A DNA stretch of 62,837 nucleotides, the filler included. It is 6 parts of 6 records of this genome, joined end to end, with 100 filler letters (N's around TTAATTAATTAA, not from the genome) between each part and the next. Parts side by side here need not be neighbours in the genome. Positions count along the whole stretch, not along the records: positions 49,371 to 62,837 come from SRR31156797_20074; 5 more parts are not named here. One strand, given 5' to 3'. Under the pieces are notes generated by a model, which worked only from the letters and a program-made list of their open reading frames with translations, searched no databases and had not been told where the DNA came from. The stretch's first letter is position 1. Every line of letters starts with the position of its first letter. This document shows, in pieces, positions 55,244 through 62,837 of this stretch. The position numbers and the translations under genes were made by a program.

Positions 55244-56470
55244 GTGAAAGGCAGTAATTCTAAGAACGCAAAACTGAAGAACAGGGCGCTGGTGGTAAAG
55301 ATGATCCAGCAGAACGGTCTGATAACAAGAGCGGACATTGCCAAGAAGACCGGTTTGACCAGGGCCGCTATTACGACCATCACCAACTCACTGATTTCCG
55401 AAGGCCTCGTGAAAGAAGAAGCTGACCCCAGTGTTAATAAGAAGAGTATACCTCTGGCCATTAATAATGATTACCACCGGACACTGGCTCTCTCCCTGGG
55501 ACGGTCCAGCACGGTGGGAGCTCTTCTCGATCTGAGCGGAAACATTCTCTATACGGAGGAGATCCCTCACGGAGAGGCGGGGCTGAAGAAGTATATGATC
55601 CTGGATAATCTGCTTCTTATCATCGCAAACATTACAAAAGTCTGTCATCTGGATACCCGTCAGATCATCGGTATCGGCGTGGCCGGTCCGGGACCCATCA
55701 GCATGCAGGACCAGAGCATGTCGGAATCCGAGGATCAGTCAGAACTCCCTCCCTATCGCTGGGGGGAGTTTGATATGAAGTCGGTATTGGAACAGAATCT
55801 GGGACTTCCTGTCTTTCTGGAGAATAACTGTAATGTCAGCGCCCTGGGGGAGCGATGGTACGGGGCCGGAAGAGGGGTGGATAAGTTCGCCGTCTATTCC
55901 GTTGGTATCGGTGTCGGCGCCGGCGTTGTCCTGGATGGAGAGATGCGAAGCGGAAAGGGCGATGTGTTCGGCGAGGTCGGCCATATCACCGTCGACCTGA
56001 ACGGGCCGGAGTGCAGTTGCGGTAACAGAGGTTGTCTGGAGATCTACGGCAGCTTCAAGGCCCTTGTGGACAAGTATCTGCTTGCCATGGGTTATGACTC
56101 AGGAGTGTCCACCGACGCTCAGTATCTTCGCAATATCGAGTCGGTCTTTCAGAAGGCTGCGGATGGGGATGAGGTATGCAGGGATCTTGTTGAGAAACAG
56201 GGCGAGATCTTAAGCATCGGCGCGGTCTCTCTTGCCAATATGTTCTCCCCCGACAGGATCATCATCACATCCAACGAAATCGGCGATACGGACTACAGCA
56301 TGATCGTTCCCGTGATAGATCGCCTTGTGAAGAAGAGAGCCTTCAAGGTTATCGCGGACAAGGTGGAGATCATCAAATCACCTCTGGGAAAGGATGTGGA
56401 TCTTTACGGAGGCGCGGCCCTTGTGTTGGAGAATTTTCTTGAGAAGGATCTGCCGAGAATCAGTCAGTAA
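55244..56470 (+). CDS. ROK family transcriptional repressor
   Basis: N-terminal HTH (TRADIAKKTGLT), GEVGH, CSCGNRGCLE. Confidence 0.93.
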   Translation: MKGSNSKNAKLKNRALVVKMIQQNGLITRADIAKKTGLTRAAITTITNSLISEGLVKEEADPSVNKKSIPLAINNDYHRTLALSLGRSSTVGALLDLSGNILYTEEIPHGEAGLKKYMILDNLLLIIANITKVCHLDTRQIIGIGVAGPGPISMQDQSMSESEDQSELPPYRWGEFDMKSVLEQNLGLPVFLENNCNVSALGERWYGAGRGVDKFAVYSVGIGVGAGVVLDGEMRSGKGDVFGEVGHITVDLNGPECSCGNRGCLEIYGSFKALVDKYLLAMGYDSGVSTDAQYLRNIESVFQKAADGDEVCRDLVEKQGEILSIGAVSLANMFSPDRIIITSNEIGDTDYSMIVPVIDRLVKKRAFKVIADKVEIIKSPLGKDVDLYGGAALVLENFLEKDLPRISQ

Positions 56471-56516
56471 TTTTCCGTCGAGAAGGAGACGGTTAATCAA
56501 ATAGAGGAGTTTATCT

Positions 56517-57509
56517 ATGAAGAAGTTAATGTTCGTTCTTATGGTCCTGTGTTGCGCTTCCGGTCTCTGGGCCGAGGGCCAGAAAGATGCCGGAGAGAAG
56601 AAGATGAAGGTCGGATACGTATTCAGTGTCATGACTCACGAATGGTACCAGAACATTCTGCAGGGCGCTGAAGCCCGCGCCGACGAACTGGGAATCGACC
56701 TGGTTACCGCCGACGCCAATATGGACATCAACAAGCAGATCGGCGCCGCAGAGAACCTCCTGGCCCAGGGCGTTGACGCTCTGATCATTACGCCTGTGGA
56801 TGCCAAGGCCATGGCCCCCATCGTTCAGATGGCCAGGCAGGCCGGTGTTCCCGTACTCTCCGAATCCAATGTGATCGAAGGCGCAGAGACCTTCGTCGGC
56901 ATCAGCAATTACGAGTCCGCCAAGTCCGTCGGCAAGTGGTATGCAGACTATGCCCGGTCCCAGGGAATCAGTCCCAAGGCCCTGATCGTCGGATTCCCCA
57001 ACTACGAGGACTGCCGTCAGAGAGTCGCCGGTTTCAAGGACGCTCTGAAGGAATCCGGACTGGACTATGAGATCAAGCAGGAAGTGGACGCCGGAGGAGA
57101 CAAGGAGAAGGCTCTTCTCGTATCCCAGGACGCCCTGACTGCTCATCCCGATATCAATGTTATCTTCGGTATCAACGACAACTCTGCCACCGGTGGAATG
57201 GCCGCCTATCAGGAAGCCGGGCTTGATGAGTCCAGGCTGACTGTCATCGGTTTCGGCTTCGAAGGCGTGGTCGGCCAGTCCGCTCTGCTGAACGGCACCC
57301 CTTACAAGGCCGCCCTGGCCATGTTCCCCAACTACGTAGGCGTTGCCTGCGTGGACGCCGCAGTGAAGGCTGCCAACGGTGAATCTCTTCCCGAGCACTA
57401 TATGACCCCCACCGTAGCCATCAATGCCGACAACTTCGATCAGTACTACAATAAGGAAGGCGATAAGTACGTTATCGACTTTGGCGCTGTGAGGAAGCTG
57501 GAGAAATAA
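56517..57509 (+). CDS. Sugar ABC transporter substrate-binding protein (RbsB-like)
   Basis: Signal peptide with spirochaete-style AEGQKD; IFGIND motif. Confidence 0.92.
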   Translation: MKKLMFVLMVLCCASGLWAEGQKDAGEKKMKVGYVFSVMTHEWYQNILQGAEARADELGIDLVTADANMDINKQIGAAENLLAQGVDALIITPVDAKAMAPIVQMARQAGVPVLSESNVIEGAETFVGISNYESAKSVGKWYADYARSQGISPKALIVGFPNYEDCRQRVAGFKDALKESGLDYEIKQEVDAGGDKEKALLVSQDALTAHPDINVIFGINDNSATGGMAAYQEAGLDESRLTVIGFGFEGVVGQSALLNGTPYKAALAMFPNYVGVACVDAAVKAANGESLPEHYMTPTVAINADNFDQYYNKEGDKYVIDFGAVRKLEK

Positions 57510-57518
57510 TCCGTTCAT

Positions 57519-57549
57519 CCCTTCGGAAGGCCGCCGGCCTTCCGAAGGG
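57519..57549. other. Intercistronic hairpin after the SBP gene
   Basis: CCCTTCGGAAGGCCG-C-CGGCCTTCCGAAGGG; typical mRNA-stabilising or attenuating stem. Confidence 0.7.
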
Positions 57550-57558
57550 TTTCTTTGC

Positions 57559-58587
57559 ATGACTCTGGAGGGAGTTTTGGCTAAACAAACTATTGGAAAA
57601 TCTATTTATTCTAAGTTGAGGTCCAGCGAGCAACTGAGCCTGATCATAGCGCTTTTCATTCTCTGTGTGGTGATATCTTTTATGTCACCCGTTTTCCTGA
57701 CGCTGTTCAATCTCACGAATGTTCTCAGACAGTCTTCACTGGTCGCCATTACGGGTATCGGAATGGCCATGATCATTCTGACCGGAGAGATCGACCTTAG
57801 CGTCGGATCCTCAATCGCCGTAGTGGGCGTCGCCTCCGTCTGGATCCTGAACCATACGGGAAGCCTCTTTCTGGCCGTTGCCGCGGGCATCGTTATCGGC
57901 GGACTCATCGGTCTTATCAACGGGCTCCTGGTCACCAAGGGGCAGATCGCCTCTCTTATCGCCACCCTGGGAACCCTCTCCATACTCAGAGGTATCGCCT
58001 TTATCACCACAAAGGCCGTTTCTTTTCAGGTTGAAATACCAGAATACGGACAGTTGGGCAGCGGATTCGTCGGTCCCGTACCCGTTCCGGTTCTGATCAT
58101 GGCCGTCCTGCTTATCGTATTTTATTACATACTGAACCACACTATGTTCGGACGCTATATCTACGCCGTCGGCGGCAACGACAGCGCCGCCCATCTTTCG
58201 GGTATTCCCGTCGTTAAGATCAAGATTCAGACCTATATGATCAGCGGGCTGCTGACCGGCCTGACCGGTTGCATCCTGGCCGCCAGAATGTACTCGGGGC
58301 AACCCAACGCGGGACTCGGTTTCGAACTGGAAGTCGTTTCCGCCGTTATCCTGGGAGGACTGAGCCTGACCGGAGGCGTGGGAACCCTGACAGGGGCCTT
58401 TATCGGGGTTCTCATCCTGAGCGTTCTTCAGAACGGGCTGACCCTTATGAACGTCTCCTCCTTTTATCAGGAGGTCGCGAGGGGGCTGGTTCTTATCCTC
58501 GCTGTTTACCTTGACGGTTACAGAAAGAGAAGGCTGGAGAAGGATCTTCTCAGAGCCTCCATAAAAGCGGGGGAATGCGATGACTGA
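57559..58587 (+). CDS. Sugar ABC transporter permease (RbsC-like)
   Basis: GEIDLSVGS, GRYIYAVGGN, AVILGG. Confidence 0.94.
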   Translation: MTLEGVLAKQTIGKSIYSKLRSSEQLSLIIALFILCVVISFMSPVFLTLFNLTNVLRQSSLVAITGIGMAMIILTGEIDLSVGSSIAVVGVASVWILNHTGSLFLAVAAGIVIGGLIGLINGLLVTKGQIASLIATLGTLSILRGIAFITTKAVSFQVEIPEYGQLGSGFVGPVPVPVLIMAVLLIVFYYILNHTMFGRYIYAVGGNDSAAHLSGIPVVKIKIQTYMISGLLTGLTGCILAARMYSGQPNAGLGFELEVVSAVILGGLSLTGGVGTLTGAFIGVLILSVLQNGLTLMNVSSFYQEVARGLVLILAVYLDGYRKRRLEKDLLRASIKAGECDD

Positions 58588-60079
58588 TCAAGGAGCGGAA
58601 AAACTCGTCTCCATGGCGGATATCCATAAGAGATTTCCCGGCGTGTATGCCCTGAGGGGAGTCAGTCTGGATCTATATCCCGGCTCGGTGCATGCCCTGA
58701 TGGGAGAGAACGGAGCGGGAAAGTCCACCCTTATCAAGATTATGTCCGGCGCCTATCCCGAGTTTGAGGGCGAGTATTCCATCGCTTCCAAACCGGCGGA
58801 TGTCAAACGCCCTCTGGATGCCATTGAAAAGGGGATCAGCGTTATCTACCAGGAACTCAATCTGGTTCGGGAGATCTCTGTAGCTGAGAACATCTACTTC
58901 GGACGTCTGCCTCATACAAAAAGCGGGCGGGTGCTCTGGCCCAAGATGCTCGAGGATTCGAAGGAGATGCTGAAGAGGGTAGGCCTGGAGATCGATCCCA
59001 TGACCAAGGTCGGTCATCTCCCAATAGCCCAGCAGCAGCTGGTTGAGATCGCCAAGGCCATCTCCCAGAATGCCAGGGTCATCGTTATGGACGAGCCTAC
59101 CTCGGCGCTTAGCCCCAAGGAGATCGAGAAGCTTTTCGTTCTGGTCCGCAAGCTGCAAGCCGAAGGCGTTTCTATCCTCTATGTCTCTCACAAGCTGGAT
59201 GAGATCTTCGAGATCGCCGATACGGTTACGGTCCTCCGGGACGGCTGCCTGATCGGTAAGTACCCCATTGAGGATCTGAATCATGAGAAGCTGATCGCCC
59301 TTATGGTTGGCCGAGAGCTGAACGATCTCTGTCCCAAGACGGAGCACCCGCTGGGTGATGTGGCCCTGAACGTAGAGAATCTTTCTTCCGAAAGGGTAAA
59401 GGATATCTCCTTCCATGTCCGAAGGGGTGAAGTTGTAGGTTTTTCCGGGCTTATGGGTGCCGGCAGGAGCGAGCTGGCCCGCGCCCTGATCGGAGCGGAT
59501 GGAAGGCTGGAAGGCAAGGTCCGGTTAGAAGGGAGTCCCATACCCTCCAACAGCCCCTTTGAGGCCAGAAAGAGGGGATTGGGACTGATTCCCGAGGACA
59601 GAAAGCATGACGGCATCTTCACCAATCTGGATGTTCTGAAGAATATCTCCATCGTTTCGCTGCGCTCAGTGCTTTCGGGGCTCTCCATCGACAGGAAGAA
59701 AGAGAAAGACAAAGTTAGCGAGTTCGTTTCCAAGTTATCTGTGAAGACCCCTTCGGTGCATCAGTTTATCTCCAAGCTCAGCGGAGGAAACCAGCAGAAG
59801 GCCATTTTGGCCCGCTGGCTGATGAACGAGGATCTGAAGGTCCTTATCATTGACGAACCGACCCGGGGAATCGATGTGGGCGCTAAATCCGAGATCTACG
59901 CCTTGATCGATTCCCTGGCAAGCGAAGGTCTGGCCATCATCATGATGTCTTCCGAGCTGCCCGAGATCCTGGGCATGTGCGATAGGATCTACGTTATGAA
60001 GGACGGTAGGATCAACGGAGAGTTCGACCGGGCCGAGGCGACTGAAGAGACGCTTCTGCGCAAAGCGATTCACGCCTGA
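58580..60079 (+). CDS. Sugar ABC transporter ATP-binding protein (RbsA-like)
   Basis: GENGAGKST, LSGGNQQK, DEPTRGIDVGAK. Confidence 0.96.
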   Translation: MTDQGAEKLVSMADIHKRFPGVYALRGVSLDLYPGSVHALMGENGAGKSTLIKIMSGAYPEFEGEYSIASKPADVKRPLDAIEKGISVIYQELNLVREISVAENIYFGRLPHTKSGRVLWPKMLEDSKEMLKRVGLEIDPMTKVGHLPIAQQQLVEIAKAISQNARVIVMDEPTSALSPKEIEKLFVLVRKLQAEGVSILYVSHKLDEIFEIADTVTVLRDGCLIGKYPIEDLNHEKLIALMVGRELNDLCPKTEHPLGDVALNVENLSSERVKDISFHVRRGEVVGFSGLMGAGRSELARALIGADGRLEGKVRLEGSPIPSNSPFEARKRGLGLIPEDRKHDGIFTNLDVLKNISIVSLRSVLSGLSIDRKKEKDKVSEFVSKLSVKTPSVHQFISKLSGGNQQKAILARWLMNEDLKVLIIDEPTRGIDVGAKSEIYALIDSLASEGLAIIMMSSELPEILGMCDRIYVMKDGRINGEFDRAEATEETLLRKAIHA

Positions 60080-60457
60080 TCTTTCATACCGGTATAAACC
60101 TTCTCCTGCCGCTTCAGGCGGAGGACCTTTCTTCTGGACCGGGGACGCGCCGGAGGCCTTCCGGGCTCAGGCGGCCCAGGGCCCTATCGGGGCCTGCCAT
60201 TGAGAACCCCGTCTCGCCTCAATAGGCAGGGTTCTGTCTTTCCGGAATTTAATTATTCGACAAACAGTCAAATCTCAAGTATCATTTCTTTTTTAACAAA
60301 TTCTCAATCTAACCAACTGTTGAGATTTGGCATTGAGAGATTCAGCATCCCGATTGTTCAATGGTTATATCTGATGATTATATGAAAATGTTGGATTTTG
60401 ATTAATTATGTTTATACAATGTAAGTGATTATATAAAAAATAAGTTGAGTATGTAAA

Positions 60458-62293
60458 ATGAAAAAAACATCCAGTATCAATTTCAGGATTAGTATAATCC
60501 TGACCGTCTCTATGTCGCTTCTTTCCATTGCCCTTGTTATTGCCAGTCTTCAATCGGTAAACGACTCTGCTTTGAGAACGTCAAAAGCCATCGCCAAAGA
60601 AAAATTGAGGGGCGATATCAACTCAGCAGTCTTCTATCTGGAGTCGATGCATGGGAAGTTGATCCTGAAACAGGGGACTCTGATGAACGGAGAGGGTGAA
60701 GCGCTAAACGATAAGAATATAATAATTGACAAAATTGCGAATGATCTGGGTGTGGAAGCTACCATATTCATAGCTGAAAATGACGGTTTTACAAGGATAC
60801 TCACAAGTATGCAGGATGAAAAAGGTCAGCGGATCATCGGAACCAGACTCACCAGCGACAGCGAAGCCTTTGAAACAGTGTTCAAAGGGAAAATATTTGT
60901 AGGAGAAGATGAGATCCTGGGGAAAAAGTATCTGACCGGATACCGCCCCCTGTTCAACAAGGTCAATGATATCGTGGGCCTTATATTTGTTGGAATAGAG
61001 ATTACGGATATCGATAATATAATCGATATGACCCTGCAGGAGTCTTTCTACAAGCTGCTGAGGATAGCCCTGGGCATCGCTATACTGAGTATCATCCTGG
61101 CCGGATTCATTTCCAGAAGGATAATCTCAAAGCCCCTTTTGCATACCGTGGCGCTTATGAAGGAGATCTGTGAGGACGAAACCGGCATGAATCTCAGCAA
61201 AAGACTCAGGTCCGGAAGGGGCGATGAAATAGGCGTCCTCTCAAGCTATTTCGATCTTACCCTGGAGAAAATCGAGAGCCTGATAAGGATTATTCAACAA
61301 GAGGCCCTGAGCCTCGATGAAGCGGGTGATCATCTAAGTGCCAACATGGTGCAGACAGAGGACGCCCTCAAGCTGATCGATATTCATATTGATAAGATTC
61401 AAAGGCAGACGGAGAACCAGACGGGGTCCATATCGGAAACGACAGTCTCCATCGAACAGATAAGCAAGAATATTGAGAACCTGAATATGAGCATAGAGAA
61501 ACAGGCGGCCAATGTCACCCAGTCGAGCTCTGCGATCGAAGAGATTTCCGCGAATATCGTTTCGATAAACCAATCGCTTGTTGAAAACTCTGATGACCTG
61601 AATGAACTGGAAAATGCGTCGGCGGAGGGACACAGATCACTCAAAAGCGTTACCGAAAAGATCATTGAAGTGGCTGATGAGTCGGTTAAGCTCTTCGATG
61701 TAAGCGCGGTTATACAGAAGATAGCCAGTCAGACGAACCTGCTCTCCATGAACGCTGCCATCGAAGCGGCCCATGCCGGAGAGGCGGGCAAAGGCTTTGC
61801 CGTGGTTGCCGAGGAAATCCGAAAGCTCGCGGATTCGTCCGGGGAACAGTCCAAGTCAATCACAGAGGCTCTCAAGAACATTAAGATAAGCCTGGACAGT
61901 ATTAAATCGTCCACCGAAGCCGTGGTGCTCCAGTTTGACGGTATCAATAAAAAAATGAAAACAGTTCACTCAAGAGGCAGCAGCATAGGCGGCGCAATGG
62001 AGGAGCTTCAGTCGGGCAGCCGGGAAATCCTGGGATCCATGGAAGAGCTCAATACGATCACGAGCAATGTGAAAGACGGCTCGAATGAGATGCTGACGGG
62101 CAGCCGCCAAATCATTGAGGAGAGTGCGAACATGACGGAAATCAATCGGCTTCAGAACGCCAATATCGATGAAATGGCCGTCGCGGCCTCTCAGATTACC
62201 GGTGCCGTCAAAGAGGTAAAGGACAACAGCATTGTCAACGCAGAGTCCATAAAGATTCTGAGCGATGAGATAGGGAAGTTTACCCTTACATAG
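60458..62293 (+). CDS. Methyl-accepting chemotaxis protein with a Cache-type sensor
   Basis: Two TM segments, EATIF..RILTS..IGT Cache pattern, [17 protein letters not shown] (spirochaete-type). Confidence 0.94.
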   Translation: MKKTSSINFRISIILTVSMSLLSIALVIASLQSVNDSALRTSKAIAKEKLRGDINSAVFYLESMHGKLILKQGTLMNGEGEALNDKNIIIDKIANDLGVEATIFIAENDGFTRILTSMQDEKGQRIIGTRLTSDSEAFETVFKGKIFVGEDEILGKKYLTGYRPLFNKVNDIVGLIFVGIEITDIDNIIDMTLQESFYKLLRIALGIAILSIILAGFISRRIISKPLLHTVALMKEICEDETGMNLSKRLRSGRGDEIGVLSSYFDLTLEKIESLIRIIQQEALSLDEAGDHLSANMVQTEDALKLIDIHIDKIQRQTENQTGSISETTVSIEQISKNIENLNMSIEKQAANVTQSSSAIEEISANIVSINQSLVENSDDLNELENASAEGHRSLKSVTEKIIEVADESVKLFDVSAVIQKIASQTNLLSMNAAIEAAHAGEAGKGFAVVAEEIRKLADSSGEQSKSITEALKNIKISLDSIKSSTEAVVLQFDGINKKMKTVHSRGSSIGGAMEELQSGSREILGSMEELNTITSNVKDGSNEMLTGSRQIIEESANMTEINRLQNANIDEMAVAASQITGAVKEVKDNSIVNAESIKILSDEIGKFTLT

Positions 62294-62546
62294 GGTGATG
62301 ACACTCTTTCTTATGCTCTGCATTATCTCCATAGCCTCTTTATCAGGATTCTGAGGGAAAGAGCAGATGGGTTGTGCATATCCTCTATTTTTCATAATAC
62401 AGAGCCTCTTGGTTGGCGATATACGCAATTAGTCCTCTCCCGTTCTGCCATTTTCACCAGAGGTCATACATTCATTTTTTCTTAATCCTTTCCATTGGAA
62501 TAGTGTGTTATAATTGGTATCAAGTCTGTACCAAGGAGCTTATACT

Positions 62547-62837
62547 ATGTCCGTAAACCGCGTTACCCCGGTTCCCTCCGATCTTAAAATCGCCCAGTCT
62601 GCCGATGTCAAACCCATCGCCGAGCTGGCCGGGCGCTATGGACTGGATGAGGCCTCACTCATCCCCTACGGAAATGACAAGGCCAAGATCCGCCTCTCCG
62701 CCCTGGAGGAGCTGGAGAAGAAGCCGGCCGGAAAATATATTGATGTGACCGCCATCACCCCGACCCCCCTGGGCGAGGGAAAGACGACGACCACCATCGG
62801 CCTCTGCGAGGGACTGGCCCATCTGGGACACAAGTCC
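62547..62837 (+). CDS. fhs: Formate--tetrahydrofolate ligase, 5' fragment
   Basis: SD AAGGAG; PSDLKIAQ, PYGNDKAK, TAITPTPLGEGKTTT; not in the ORF track. Confidence 0.95.
   Translation, partial: MSVNRVTPVPSDLKIAQSADVKPIAELAGRYGLDEASLIPYGNDKAKIRLSALEELEKKPAGKYIDVTAITPTPLGEGKTTTTIGLCEGLAHLGHKS

Noticed and set aside
51972-57560. 305-aa and 344-aa antisense ORFs over the GRE and the sugar SBP
   Set aside because: Codon-bias shadows of GC3-rich genes, with no motifs.
60090-60230. GC-rich hairpins after the ABC ATPase (e.g. CCTGCCATTGAG..CTCAATAGGCAGG)
   Set aside because: Single copy and no recognisable ncRNA family; probably terminator or REP-like.
62294-62546. Possible ZTP/THF riboswitch upstream of fhs
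   Set aside because: No recognisable consensus elements by eye; an Rfam scan would settle it.
1-62837. CRISPR arrays, transposases, integrases, rRNA
   Set aside because: None seen on reading either strand.

Overview
The window is not one locus. It joins six contigs with 100-nt N/TTAATTAATTAA/N linkers (14686-14785, 23623-23722, 30776-30875, 41476-41575, 49271-49370). (1) 1-14685: archaeal, Methanosarcinaceae-like core operon tRNA-Lys-rpoH-rpoB''-rpoB'-rpoA'-rpoA''-rpl30e-nusA-rps12-rps7-EF2-EF1a-rps10, plus partial ahcY. (2) 14786-23622: very AT-rich bacterium with signalling genes, including an [FeFe]-hydrogenase-like sensor fused to an MCP domain. (3) 23723-30775: methanogen-like contig with a sulfite-reductase-like gene, APS reductase and a decayed cysD. 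Its divergent wHTH regulator appears reachable only by a +1 frameshift at a Phe-Cys-stop site. (4) 30876-41475: GC-rich bacterial contig with a tightly coupled, uncharacterised operon: wHTH, SSB-like, small membrane proteins, Zn-finger, HerA/VirB4-type ATPase-wHTH-nuclease-like fusion, vWA-TM-FHA, FtsZl1-type tubulin and ThiF/E1. This is the best candidate for an undescribed system. (5) 41576-49270: bacterial adhesin, MCP, GNAT, gpx, thiolase-OB fusion, speD-speE. (6) 49371-62837: spirochaete-like contig with AraC/UroD-family genes, an atypical glycyl radical enzyme and its activase, a ROK regulator, a sugar ABC transporter, an MCP and partial fhs. All calls rest on motif recognition by eye. 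No searches were run, and taxon assignments are inferences.
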